A stretch of 45,041 nucleotides of DNA from Rubricoccaceae bacterium (lineage in GTDB: Bacteria; Bacteroidota; Rhodothermia; Rhodothermales; Rubricoccaceae): NCBI GenBank assembly GCA_037969195.1, contig JBBKWZ010000034.1, forward strand, positions 1-45,041, in the 5' to 3' direction. Below are positions 9,047 to 17,895 of this stretch, piece after piece. Numbering within the stretch: the stretch's first letter is position 1; every line of letters starts with the position of its first letter. The notes beneath the pieces are model-generated. The model did not search any database. It was not told the DNA's origin and saw nothing but the letters and a program-made list of their open reading frames with translations. A program made the translations under genes and the position numbers.

Positions 9047-9718
9047 ATGCCCTCGCTTCTAACCATCCTGCTCGTCAGTTATTTACTCGGGAGCATACCG
9101 AACAGCGTGATCGCAGGAAGGGTCCGAGGGATAGATCTCCACAAAATCGGAAGCGGTAATGCAGGCGCGACCAACGTTTTCCGGACGCTAGGAACAGGCG
9201 CTGGTGTGCTCGTCTTTGTTGGCGACGTGTTGAAAGGGCTCCTCGCAACCGTTATCGTGAGCAAGTTTCGAATCGGCGATGGCCTTCCGGGATGGATGGG
9301 CGCCGATGCAGACGCGTGGATAAAAGTCATTGCAGGCTCAGCTGCGATACTTGGACACGTATACACGGCGATTGGGCGTTATTTCTATGGCACGTTTCGC
9401 GGCGGAAAGGGCGTGGCGACAGGTGCGGGGATGCTCCTAGGATTTATCCCGGTTGCCATTGGTATAGCGATGGTGATATTTACCGCAGTCGTTTACACGA
9501 CAAGATTTGTGTCTCTCGGATCAATTCTCGCCACGCTGTCGCTGCCATTCAGCTTGTTGATTCAACGCGACGTGTTTGGATGGGAAATTCCAGGTCCCAT
9601 GTTTGGTTTCACGTTAGTTGTTCCGCTGTTCATCATCTATACGCATCGAACGAACGTCAAGCATCTTTTGGCCGGAACCGAACGACGGATCGGGAACGGC
9701 GCGGAGACAAAGCCCTGA
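9047..9718 (+). CDS. plsY: Glycerol-3-phosphate acyltransferase PlsY
   Basis: YLLGSIPNSVIAGRVRGIDLHKIGSGNAGATNVFRTLG...GGKGVATGAG; polytopic membrane protein. Confidence 0.95.
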   Translation: MPSLLTILLVSYLLGSIPNSVIAGRVRGIDLHKIGSGNAGATNVFRTLGTGAGVLVFVGDVLKGLLATVIVSKFRIGDGLPGWMGADADAWIKVIAGSAAILGHVYTAIGRYFYGTFRGGKGVATGAGMLLGFIPVAIGIAMVIFTAVVYTTRFVSLGSILATLSLPFSLLIQRDVFGWEIPGPMFGFTLVVPLFIIYTHRTNVKHLLAGTERRIGNGAETKP

Positions 9719-9727
9719 GCCGACCTA

Positions 9728-10198
9728 CTATCGGTAAAAGTCCTTGGGTCTGACGGGTTGCCCCAAGAGGTTCGAACTCCCGGCATCGATGAGGATGCGC
9801 CCTGCCATTGCCTCACGACCCAGGAGCATAGTAAATCTGAGGTTTCTCCGGTTCGCGAGCGTGATTTCGATCGGCCAGGCCGGGGCGTCGGATTTCACAC
9901 CAAGGCGGAAACTCGTTCGGATGACGATACGCTCATCCGTATGGCCGCTCGACGAAATAACCTCCCGCTGATCGACAATGGGGGTTTCGCACGTCACCTT
10001 CAGCTCTCGGTTCTTTCGATGGAATGGCCGGAATACAAACCGCACGTACGCCAGGCCGTCCTTTTCGAACTTCTCAATGTTGGTCGCGTGAATAGCCGAA
10101 GTGGCCGCGCCGCTGTCAATTTTACAGCGAACGGCGAGTAGACCTAGGTCCGGTAAGGAGACCCACTCGCGCCAGCCCACGATGCTCAGGTCACTCAA
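9728..10198 (-). CDS. Retropepsin-like aspartic protease domain protein (DUF785 / 'ATP-dependent zinc protease', RimB-like)
   Basis: [33 protein letters not shown]...[11 protein letters not shown] fits the DUF785 family usually found beside rimK. Its start overlaps the pyrB stop by 8 nt. Confidence 0.78.
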   Translation of the reverse strand: MSDLSIVGWREWVSLPDLGLLAVRCKIDSGAATSAIHATNIEKFEKDGLAYVRFVFRPFHRKNRELKVTCETPIVDQREVISSSGHTDERIVIRTSFRLGVKSDAPAWPIEITLANRRNLRFTMLLGREAMAGRILIDAGSSNLLGQPVRPKDFYR

Positions 10199-11165
10199 TC
10201 GCCGAACCTCCTGAAAGTAGATAAAGCACGGCCATTCGCACGGCTATACCGTTCGTAACCTGATTGAGGATGACGGCGCGCTCGTGATCAACGACCTCAC
10301 TGGCCAGTTCTACACCCCTGTTTACGGGGCCCGGGTGCATAATTCGCAAGTCGGGGAAACGACGGAGGTGCTCCATGCGAATTCCGAATCGATCGTGGTA
10401 TTCCCGTAGGCTTGGGAAAAGGCCTGTGCCTTGTCTTTCCAACTGAATACGCAACGCCATCGCCACATCACAGCCTTCGAGGGCTTCATCCAATCGGTCC
10501 GTAACGCGAACGCCCAAGTTCTCTACGCCGACCGGCATCATCGTGCGTGGCCCGCAGAGCGTAACGTCGGCTCCCAGCGCCTTCAACCCGTAGATGTTCG
10601 AGCGGGCCACGCGGCTATGCGAGATGTCTCCGATAATTGAGACGCGGAGCCCTGCAAAGTTGAAATCGGAAAGCTGCGGATGAATTGGCAGGCTGATCTC
10701 CGACATCGTCAACATATCGAGCAATGCCTGGGTAGGATGCTCGTGAGCGCCATCGCCTGCGTTGATCACGATGCCGTCAATCCATTGCGTGAGGAAATGT
10801 GCCGCGCCCGGGCTCTCGTGGCGAATGACCACCACGTCCGTCTTCATCGCCTCGATATTTTGCGCCGTGTCCTTAAGGCTTTCCCCCTTTGAAACGGATG
10901 ACCCCGACGCGGAAAAATTGACCACGTCTGCGGACAAGCGCTTTTCGGCGAGTTCAAATGAGATTCGTGTCCGCGTACTCGCTTCGAAGAAAAGGTTGAC
11001 CACCGTCACGCCCCGGAGGCTCGGAACGCGCTTGATCGGCCGATCAAGGACGGAACGCATCTCATGCGCTGTTCTCAGGAGAAGTCGGATTTCTTCAGCA
11101 TCATAATCCGCCAAACCAAGAAGGTGCCGATGTTTGAGCTGCTCAATTGTCGATTCGTCGCTCAT
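10191..11165 (-). CDS. pyrB: Aspartate carbamoyltransferase catalytic subunit
   Basis: [27 protein letters not shown]...[10 protein letters not shown]...[10 protein letters not shown]. Start at ATG 11165..11163, which forms an ATGA overlap with the pyrR stop. Confidence 0.95.
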   Translation of the reverse strand: MSDESTIEQLKHRHLLGLADYDAEEIRLLLRTAHEMRSVLDRPIKRVPSLRGVTVVNLFFEASTRTRISFELAEKRLSADVVNFSASGSSVSKGESLKDTAQNIEAMKTDVVVIRHESPGAAHFLTQWIDGIVINAGDGAHEHPTQALLDMLTMSEISLPIHPQLSDFNFAGLRVSIIGDISHSRVARSNIYGLKALGADVTLCGPRTMMPVGVENLGVRVTDRLDEALEGCDVAMALRIQLERQGTGLFPSLREYHDRFGIRMEHLRRFPDLRIMHPGPVNRGVELASEVVDHERAVILNQVTNGIAVRMAVLYLLSGGSAIE

Positions 11166-11752
11166 TCGTCCCCCTCCCCTTCCTGCTGAGGCTCGACAAG
11201 CCATACGCCGTCCTCATCATCAATCTCGGTCAATCGTACACGGACTTCCTCTCCAGCAATTGTTGGCACCGTCCGGCCAATGAAATCCGGGGCAACGGGG
11301 AGTTCACGAAGTCCCCGGTCGATGAAGGCGAGAAACCGAACGGAGGCAGGCCGACCTAGATCCATGATGGCATCGAGGGCAGCGCGCGTCGTTCGCCCCG
11401 TGTAAACAACATCGTCGATAAGCACGAGGCGGCGTTCGTCCACATCAAACGGAATGTCGGTAGGCTGGACCACCGGGTGCCGCAGTCGCTTCCGATAATC
11501 GTCGCGGTAGAGCGTCGCGTCCAACACACCGAAGGGCAACCGTATACCCTCGAAAGCCTCAATCTTAGTTCTGAGACGCCGCGCTATGTGAACGCCTCTG
11601 GTCTGCATTCCCACGAGCGCGAGTCGCTCAACAGGCTCAGGCTCGTCGTCGAGATTCTCAACGATCTGTCGCGCAAGGCGGTTGAGCGTGCGATCGACAT
11701 CGGCCGCGTCCATCAACCGCGCCTTGACCGTGTCGGTAGCGGGCAGGGGCAT
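11162..11752 (-). CDS. pyrR: Bifunctional pyrimidine operon regulator / uracil phosphoribosyltransferase PyrR
   Basis: [16 protein letters not shown]...LDATLYRDD...[27 protein letters not shown] (PRPP-binding motif). Confidence 0.95.
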   Translation of the reverse strand: MPLPATDTVKARLMDAADVDRTLNRLARQIVENLDDEPEPVERLALVGMQTRGVHIARRLRTKIEAFEGIRLPFGVLDATLYRDDYRKRLRHPVVQPTDIPFDVDERRLVLIDDVVYTGRTTRAALDAIMDLGRPASVRFLAFIDRGLRELPVAPDFIGRTVPTIAGEEVRVRLTEIDDEDGVWLVEPQQEGEGDE

Positions 11753-11754
11753 GC

Positions 11755-11817
11755 GGTGAAGTTAGAAGTGCGAAGGGTGAAGTAGGAAGGATGAAAGGTG
11801 AAGTCAGTAGTCGCCAG
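11755..11817. repeat. Three phased direct repeats, exact 21-bp period, core GGTGAAGT (ACTTCACC in pyrR sense), beginning 3 nt upstream of the pyrR ATG
   Basis: GGTGAAGT occurs at 11755, 11776 and 11797. The units are ggtgaagttagaagtgcgaag / ggtgaagtaggaaggatgaaa / ggtgaagtcagtagtcgccag. Confidence 0.8.
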
Positions 11818-11883
11818 GTAACCCAAGTCGAGAACCTCAATCCCACAATTGTCCATTCACCAGTCTCCGCCACTAAGCGCGAC

Positions 11884-12414
11884 TCACCACAACCACTTCG
11901 GCACCGCGATCATCAGCGCCCAGCATGGGATAGCCATGAAGAAGAGAAACCCCGCAATGAGCGAGGTGTGTTCTAGCATTCCTGTCATCGAAAGCAGGTT
12001 GTACCAGTCATGGCTTTCTGGACCCAGCCCGCCAAGAAGGGGGAGCGTTCGTTCCTGCGCGTCGGCGGCGTAAATGGCGACATCAATAAAGTTCTGGCCA
12101 AGCCATAGCAGCGAAAGCTGCGTTCCGATCTGCTGTTCATGCCGGAAGCAGCTCCACGCGATCAGCGCTGGCAGGAGCAACTGCAGCAGCGAACCCCCGG
12201 CAATCGCCATGAACTCGCCAAAGAAGTGAAAGAAGAAATGTCCGGCTTCGTGGGGAAGCAAATTGAGAGAGTGAATCCAAATCCCGACTGCACCAATCGC
12301 ATTATAGCCTTCAATCCCCATCGCGAAGTACGCGCAAACGGGCAGCATCAGCAGCCCGAAACGGTACCGTCCCAGCAACTCGCGTTGCTCCAATGAAAGT
12401 GAGAGTGAAGTCAT
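11884..12414 (-). CDS. Small polytopic membrane protein with an HExxH motif (possible zincin-like membrane metalloprotease)
   Basis: 176 aa with about 5 hydrophobic segments. HEAGH sits in LNLLPHEAGHFFFHFF at a helix boundary. I recognised no specific family. Confidence 0.6.
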   Translation of the reverse strand: MTSLSLSLEQRELLGRYRFGLLMLPVCAYFAMGIEGYNAIGAVGIWIHSLNLLPHEAGHFFFHFFGEFMAIAGGSLLQLLLPALIAWSCFRHEQQIGTQLSLLWLGQNFIDVAIYAADAQERTLPLLGGLGPESHDWYNLLSMTGMLEHTSLIAGFLFFMAIPCWALMIAVPKWLW

Positions 12415-12470
12415 AGGAAACCGAGTATCGGCTTTCTCGTTGCGCGCTAAACCACCGTCAATAGTGCTAC

Positions 12471-12503
12471 TTTATTAGCATGTACCATTTATTAGCATGT
12501 ACC
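12471..12503. repeat. Tandem direct repeat, 2 x TTTATTAGCATGTACC with 17-bp period, AT-rich, in a divergent intergenic region
   Basis: Exact 16-mer at 12471..12486 and 12488..12503, separated by one A. Followed by the small inverted repeat CCGATC-cc-GATCGG (12502..12515). Confidence 0.85.
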
Positions 12504-12554
12504 GATCCCGATCGGTTCAGCGTTTAGCTTGCACGCCCTTTCCCAACGGTCCTC

Positions 12555-13490
12555 TTGTCCGAAACCGCTACTTCGCCCCAACTCCTGACGCCTGAGGTTC
12601 TTTCGCGTCTCGATTCCATGGAGTTGCGTGCGCGGTTGATCGTCGAGGGGTTCATTACAGGGATGCATAAAAGCCCCTACCACGGCTTTTCGGTGGAATT
12701 CGCTGAGCACCGACCATACAATTCCGGCGACGAATTGCGCCATGTTGATTGGAAGGTGTATGCGAAAAGCGACCGGTATTACGTCAAACAGTACGAGGAG
12801 GAGACGAACCTCCGGCACTACGTCGTGCTCGATACGAGCGCCTCAATGCGCTACAAGGGAGATGCGCCGGTTTCCAAACTGGAATACGGCGCCACTCTCT
12901 CTGCGGCGCTGCATTACTTGATGGTTCGCCAGCGGGATGCTACTGGTCTGATCGCATTCGACGAGAAGGTGCACACGCTTCGTCCACCGAAGAGCACAGG
13001 AGGTCATCTGCGTGGGCTTTTGGCGGCGCTCGATAACATTGCCAAAGCAGAGCCCTCCAAGACAAGCGCTACCGCTGCCGCTTCAGCATTGCACGAGGTG
13101 GCCGAGCGAATCACACGAAGAGCACTCGTCGCTGTGGTTACGGACTTGTTCGAAAACGTGGCGGAGCACGACGAGATTCTTAAAGCCCTCCAGCATCTGC
13201 GTTACCGAGGCCACGAAGTCCTGGTTTTTCACGTGCTCGATGCCGCCACCGAGCGCCGCTTCCAATTCCCCGACGTGCCGATGGTTTTTCGGGATATGGA
13301 GACGGGGCAGGAAGTCACGCTGCAGCCAGCGCAGCTCCGCGAATCGTACACAGAATCCGTCGTGGCCTTTTCAGAAACCTTCCGGTTACGTTGCCGCGAA
13401 ATGTCCGTCGACTTTGTCGAATTGGACACGTCGCAGCCTTACGATCAGGCACTTGTGGCGTATCTCAACAAACGCCGGCGGCTGTATTGA
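12555..13490 (+). CDS. DUF58 domain-containing protein (vWA-like, MoxR-associated family)
   Basis: RLIVEGFITGMHKSPYHGFSVEFAEHRPYNSGDELRHVDWKVYAKSDRYYVKQYEEETNL is the canonical DUF58 core. TTG start as in the track; the start is uncertain. Confidence 0.88.
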   Translation: MSETATSPQLLTPEVLSRLDSMELRARLIVEGFITGMHKSPYHGFSVEFAEHRPYNSGDELRHVDWKVYAKSDRYYVKQYEEETNLRHYVVLDTSASMRYKGDAPVSKLEYGATLSAALHYLMVRQRDATGLIAFDEKVHTLRPPKSTGGHLRGLLAALDNIAKAEPSKTSATAAASALHEVAERITRRALVAVVTDLFENVAEHDEILKALQHLRYRGHEVLVFHVLDAATERRFQFPDVPMVFRDMETGQEVTLQPAQLRESYTESVVAFSETFRLRCREMSVDFVELDTSQPYDQALVAYLNKRRRLY

Positions 13491-13566
13491 GGCGGATGAG
13501 AAGATGGCGAGATAGCCAGAACTTTCCCACACGCCCCAATCGCAAACTCTCTCTTCCTGCATCCCC

Positions 13567-15258
13567 ATGAAACGACTTTTCTTTCTCGCCACTTTTCTAA
13601 TCGCGGGTTCCGTCTCGGCTCAGTCGCCAACTATTTCGGGTGGCGTGCAGCTCCTCGAGCACTACCAGGAGACCATCACGCCAGAAGAACTTGCGGGGCA
13701 TCTCTACTTCTACGCCTCCGATTTCTTTGAGGGGCGTGAGACTGCAACGCGTGGGCAACAACTCGCAGCGCTCTATCTCGCAGGGCAGTACCAGACGATG
13801 GGCATTGAGGCGCGCGGAACGATGGAGTCGGATTACCCGAATGATCCGCACGTCTACCTGCAACCGTTTGAATTGGAACGTGAGATAATTCACCACGCCG
13901 ACCTAACGCTCCGGCGTGGAACGCAAATCGTCAAAACGGCCCGCTATGGCCAGGAGATCATTGATGGTGACAGCTACCTCGTGTTCGGTAACCCAGGCGA
14001 ATCGGAAACCGCGGTGGTTTTCGGTGGCTATGGAATTGAAACCGATACGTATGATGATTTCGCGGCGATGGATGCTGCAGGAATCAGCGCAGCCGGAAAC
14101 TGGCTGATGGTTCTTGAGGGTGAGCCTCTGAACGACGAGGGGACAAGCCTGATAACCGAAGATGGCACGTTGTCGGCATACTCGCAGAACGAGTTCCTGA
14201 AAATTCGGACGGCCTTCCAACACGGAATGCCGGGCGGCGTGCTGCTCATCTCTTCGGATGATCGGGAGACTATCGCGTCTGAGGCCAGATCTCGCCTGGG
14301 TATGATGGGCAGCCTCTCACTTCCTTCGAACGGCGAGGAAGCGCAGACTCGGCAGATCCCCCCGATCTACATGGTCTCCGAAGACCTCGCTGACGCCATC
14401 CTGGCGGAAAGCGGGAAAACTGTTGCCGAACTTCGCACGGCCATAGAGGCGTTGGTTGCGCCGGAGGTCTTCGTTGTGGCGGGAACGCAGGTCGCAAGCA
14501 ACATCGAAAAGGGGACTGAATTAGTAACCGCAGAAAACGTCGCCGCGTTTATCGAAGGCTCCGATCCTGTTCTCAGGAACGAGGTGGTTGTCATTAGTGC
14601 CCACCTCGATCATATCGGCATGGATCCGACAAAGGAAGGCGATCAAATCAACAACGGCGCGGATGACGACGGGTCAGGCACAGTGGCTCTCCTTGAGATT
14701 GCGGAGGCCTTTCAACGCGCGGCGGAAGACGGACACGGTCCACGCCGCTCCATCCTTTTCCTCCATGTGACGGGTGAAGAAAAAGGCCTGCTGGGCTCGG
14801 CGTACTACGCGGATGTGGAACCCCTTCTCCCCTTGGAAAACACGGTGGCCAATCTCAACATCGACATGATTGGGCGCCACGACCCCGAACATCCGGGCGG
14901 GGGCGAGAACTACGTGTACATCATTGGGGCAGAGTTGATCTCCACCGACATCGATGAAATCAACACACGCGTGAACGAAGCGACGGGCCTGGGCATCGAG
15001 CTAAGCAAGCGCTACAATTCTTCGGACGATCCAGAGCAGTTCTTCCGCCGTTCCGACCACTGGAATTTCGGTAAGCACCAGATCCCGTTCATCTTCTACT
15101 TCACGGGCACACACGAGGATTACCACCAGGTTACCGATGAGGCCTGGAAAATCGACTACGAGCACATGGCGAAGATCACGCGCCTCGTCTTCGGAACGGC
15201 TTGGCAGATTGCCAATCAGGACGAGCGACCGGCAGTGAGTGGTGAAGGGTTTAACTGA
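13567..15258 (+). CDS. Secreted M28 family metallopeptidase with an inserted PA-like domain
   Basis: Signal peptide MKRLFFLATFLIAGSVSAQ. Motifs ENVAAFIEGSDP...VVISAHLDHIG...NNGADDDGSGTVALLEIAEAF...ILFLHVTGEEKGLLGSAYY...SDHWNF. Confidence 0.9.
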   Translation: MKRLFFLATFLIAGSVSAQSPTISGGVQLLEHYQETITPEELAGHLYFYASDFFEGRETATRGQQLAALYLAGQYQTMGIEARGTMESDYPNDPHVYLQPFELEREIIHHADLTLRRGTQIVKTARYGQEIIDGDSYLVFGNPGESETAVVFGGYGIETDTYDDFAAMDAAGISAAGNWLMVLEGEPLNDEGTSLITEDGTLSAYSQNEFLKIRTAFQHGMPGGVLLISSDDRETIASEARSRLGMMGSLSLPSNGEEAQTRQIPPIYMVSEDLADAILAESGKTVAELRTAIEALVAPEVFVVAGTQVASNIEKGTELVTAENVAAFIEGSDPVLRNEVVVISAHLDHIGMDPTKEGDQINNGADDDGSGTVALLEIAEAFQRAAEDGHGPRRSILFLHVTGEEKGLLGSAYYADVEPLLPLENTVANLNIDMIGRHDPEHPGGGENYVYIIGAELISTDIDEINTRVNEATGLGIELSKRYNSSDDPEQFFRRSDHWNFGKHQIPFIFYFTGTHEDYHQVTDEAWKIDYEHMAKITRLVFGTAWQIANQDERPAVSGEGFN

Positions 15259-15358
15259 GTAGGAGAAGACCACGGCTTGCGGGGATGAGAGCGAAAACTG
15301 GCACGAAGACACATTTCGCTGATACACTCACATTCGCTCACGTCAACAATCGACGATC

Positions 15359-16558
15359 ATGCTTGACCGAATCCGCTCTCTCGCCGACGAAGTATTCCCG
15401 GAGGTCGTGCGACTGCGGCGAGCCATTCATCGCCGTCCGGAACTCGCTTTTGAGGAGACGGAGACAGCCGGGCTGATCGATGAAACGCTTCGCGGAATCG
15501 GGCTCCAGCCGATGACCGGCGTCGCGAAAACCGGCGTCGTCGCGCACATCGTGGGAGGCCAACCTGGGCCGACGTTGGCCTTGCGCGCGGACATCGACGC
15601 GCTGCCTATTCAAGAGGCCAACGAGTTTGATTTTGCGTCCGAGCATGCAGGCAAAATGCACGCGTGTGGTCACGACGCGCACACGGCTTCACTTCTAGGT
15701 ACCGCGATGATTCTTTCGCAGATGAAGGAGCAACTTCACGGGTGTGTCCGGCTCATCTTTCAACCAAGCGAAGAGAAGCTGCCAGGCGGCGCGAAGGTGT
15801 TGATTGAGGATGGCGTCCTTGGAGAGATGAACGGGCAGGCAGCCCCCGAGAGAATCCTTGGCCAGCACGTGTTCCCGCAACTGCCGGTAGGAACGTTGGG
15901 CGTGCGGAGCGGCCCGTTCATGGCGTCTGCGGATGAGATTTACATCACGATCCACGGTAGGGGCGGGCACGCGGCGGCACCTCAAGACCTCATAGACCCC
16001 GTGCTGATTCAAGCACACATTCTGACTGCACTGCAGGCCGTCATTTCGCGCAACTGCCCTCCCGACCAGCCCAGCATTCTGTCGTTCGGCAAGATTATCG
16101 CTGAGGGTGCGACGAACATCATTCCAAACGACGTACAGCTCATCGGCACGTTCAGAGCTATGGATGAGGAGTGGCGCTTCCGCGCGCACGAATTGATCGA
16201 AAGGACGTCCAAACACACAGCGGAGGCCTTTGGGGCGACTGTCGACGTTGAAATCCTCGTAGGCTATCCGGCGCTCACGAATGATCCGGAGACTTCCGCC
16301 TTCGTCCGAACAGCTGCCATCGACTACACCGGCGAGGGGCACGTAGTGGACCTACCAATGTGGTACGCAAGCGAGGATTTTGCGTGGTACACGCAGCAGA
16401 TTCCAGGGGCCTTTTACGTCCTAGGCGTTGGGAATAAGGCGGCGGGAATTACACATGGCTTGCATACGCCGCGCTTCACTATTGACGAAGAAGCCTTGAG
16501 GTTGGGACCTGGGTTTATGGCGTTTCTAGCATTGCGATCCGGCGCGGCCTCGCTCTAA
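15359..16558 (+). CDS. M20 family amidohydrolase (N-acyl-L-amino acid amidohydrolase / hippurate hydrolase type)
   Basis: LRRAIHRRPELAFEETETAGLI...ALRADIDALPIQE...HACGHDAHTA...FQPSEE...HTPRF. Confidence 0.9.
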   Translation: MLDRIRSLADEVFPEVVRLRRAIHRRPELAFEETETAGLIDETLRGIGLQPMTGVAKTGVVAHIVGGQPGPTLALRADIDALPIQEANEFDFASEHAGKMHACGHDAHTASLLGTAMILSQMKEQLHGCVRLIFQPSEEKLPGGAKVLIEDGVLGEMNGQAAPERILGQHVFPQLPVGTLGVRSGPFMASADEIYITIHGRGGHAAAPQDLIDPVLIQAHILTALQAVISRNCPPDQPSILSFGKIIAEGATNIIPNDVQLIGTFRAMDEEWRFRAHELIERTSKHTAEAFGATVDVEILVGYPALTNDPETSAFVRTAAIDYTGEGHVVDLPMWYASEDFAWYTQQIPGAFYVLGVGNKAAGITHGLHTPRFTIDEEALRLGPGFMAFLALRSGAASL

Positions 16559-16597
16559 ACGCTCTGCGGGAAGTCACCGGATTCTCGTCCGACCTGG

Positions 16598-16987
16598 TTG
16601 GCCCTATCGGAAACGGATCATTCTGCAGATTCAGAAACCCGACAAAATGTTGGGATCGCACACGAAAAACTTGGCCTGCCTTTTCAATTAGAAGGGCGCC
16701 TTCAAGACGCCAACGAAGAGCTCTCCGTCGCTCTCAGCCACAATTTAGCACTCTCGGACGCTGATCCGGAAAACGTGAATGCACAGATCACGCTAGCCGT
16801 GAGGGAAATGCAGATGGGCGCCCTGATGGCTTCTTCAGCACTGCCGAGTTTCCGCAACGCTGCAGCGGCACGGGTGCACTATGAGAGCGCGCTGCAATTC
16901 TTGCGTGTGGTCCTCGCAATCGATTCGTCGAATGTGCGCCTCCAAAGATCAATCGATGAAGTAAATACAGCGCTTCAGGGATTGTAG
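16598..16987 (+). CDS. Hypothetical protein or gene remnant (helical, TPR-like flavour)
   Basis: 129-codon ORF with a TTG start only. By eye its third-position GC is lower than in neighbouring genes. I recognised no family motif. Confidence 0.3.
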   Translation: MALSETDHSADSETRQNVGIAHEKLGLPFQLEGRLQDANEELSVALSHNLALSDADPENVNAQITLAVREMQMGALMASSALPSFRNAAAARVHYESALQFLRVVLAIDSSNVRLQRSIDEVNTALQGL

Positions 16988-17196
16988 GGACCTGTTGTAG
17001 AATATCCGTACCTGGGCGAGATGATCCGTCCCTTTTCGAGGATTACGACGCACGCGGGCGCGCTGAAGAAGCAGACTCGTTCCGTAGGCTTGCTGGGTAT
17101 TAGCTCGCATGATTGGGGTTGGAGGGTCGCGAGTCATGCAGAATTGCACGAATGCGCCCAGCTATATTTGGTGTATCCGTTCTCCCGCCCGACGCC

Positions 17197-17895
17197 ATGC
17201 CTGCACCAACCGACGCACTCCCTCCTTTCCCTGGCTTTCGAAAGGACGCCCTGATATTTCTGGCCGATCTCAAGAAAAACAATGACCGCGACTGGTTTAA
17301 GGCGCGCAAGGCCACGTTTGATGACGAGGTACTGTGGCCGCTCAAGTGCCTCGTTGCCGACCTGGCCCGCGAAGTGCAGCATCGTGGCCTCCCGCTAAAT
17401 GGCGATGCGAAGGGGTCTGTTTTCCGCATCTATCGAGACGTCCGTTTCTCGAAGAACAAGGATCCGTACAAGACGCATGTGGCCGCCGTCCTTTCGCCCT
17501 CCGGAAAGAAAGATGATCCGGGCGGCATTTACATTCACATCGAGCCAAAGAAGTGCTTCCTGGCTGCGGGATTTTGGAACCCGGACAATAACCTGTTAGC
17601 GCGGATTCGTGAGAGCATCGCGACCAAGCCTGAGGTTTTCCTCGGGATTGTAAAAATAGCAGAGGACGCTGGAATGAAGCTCACCACGCACGATTCGCTG
17701 AAACGAATGCCACGCGGTTTTGAGGACTACGAAGATTCTCCGACCGCGGACTACATCAAATGGAAAGGTTTCATTCTAACCCAGGATTGCAAAGAAGCCG
17801 ACGTACAGAAACCTGCCTTCACGCAACAAGCTGCGGACTTTGCCGTGGGTGTACGCCCCGCACTGGAGTTCGGCTGGGCGCTGATGGGGAAATAA
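17197..17895 (+). CDS. DUF2461 (TIGR02453) family protein
   Basis: FPGFRKDALIFLADLKKNNDRDWFKARKATFDDEV...FRIYRDVRFSKNKDPYKTH...GFW fits DUF2461. Start moved to ATG 17197. Confidence 0.82.
   Translation: MPAPTDALPPFPGFRKDALIFLADLKKNNDRDWFKARKATFDDEVLWPLKCLVADLAREVQHRGLPLNGDAKGSVFRIYRDVRFSKNKDPYKTHVAAVLSPSGKKDDPGGIYIHIEPKKCFLAAGFWNPDNNLLARIRESIATKPEVFLGIVKIAEDAGMKLTTHDSLKRMPRGFEDYEDSPTADYIKWKGFILTQDCKEADVQKPAFTQQAADFAVGVRPALEFGWALMGK

Noticed and set aside
9769-9780. tRNA T-loop-like string GGTTCGAACTCC
   Set aside because: It lies inside the well-supported DUF785 coding region. I could not build flanking acceptor or anticodon stems, so it is not a tRNA.
11658-11873. 71-aa minus-strand ORF across the 21-bp repeats (..[20 protein letters not shown]..)
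   Set aside because: It overlaps the pyrR N-terminus out of frame. Its repetitive peptide is a by-product of the DNA repeat.
11753-11883. Search for a canonical PyrR-binding anti-antiterminator loop (UCCAGAGAGG-like) in the pyrR leader
   Set aside because: I saw no match on the transcribed strand, so no attenuator feature is claimed. Only the 21-bp repeats are reported.
15695-16342. 215-aa minus-strand ORF antisense to the M20 amidohydrolase gene
   Set aside because: A shadow ORF. The M20 frame carries all expected motifs.
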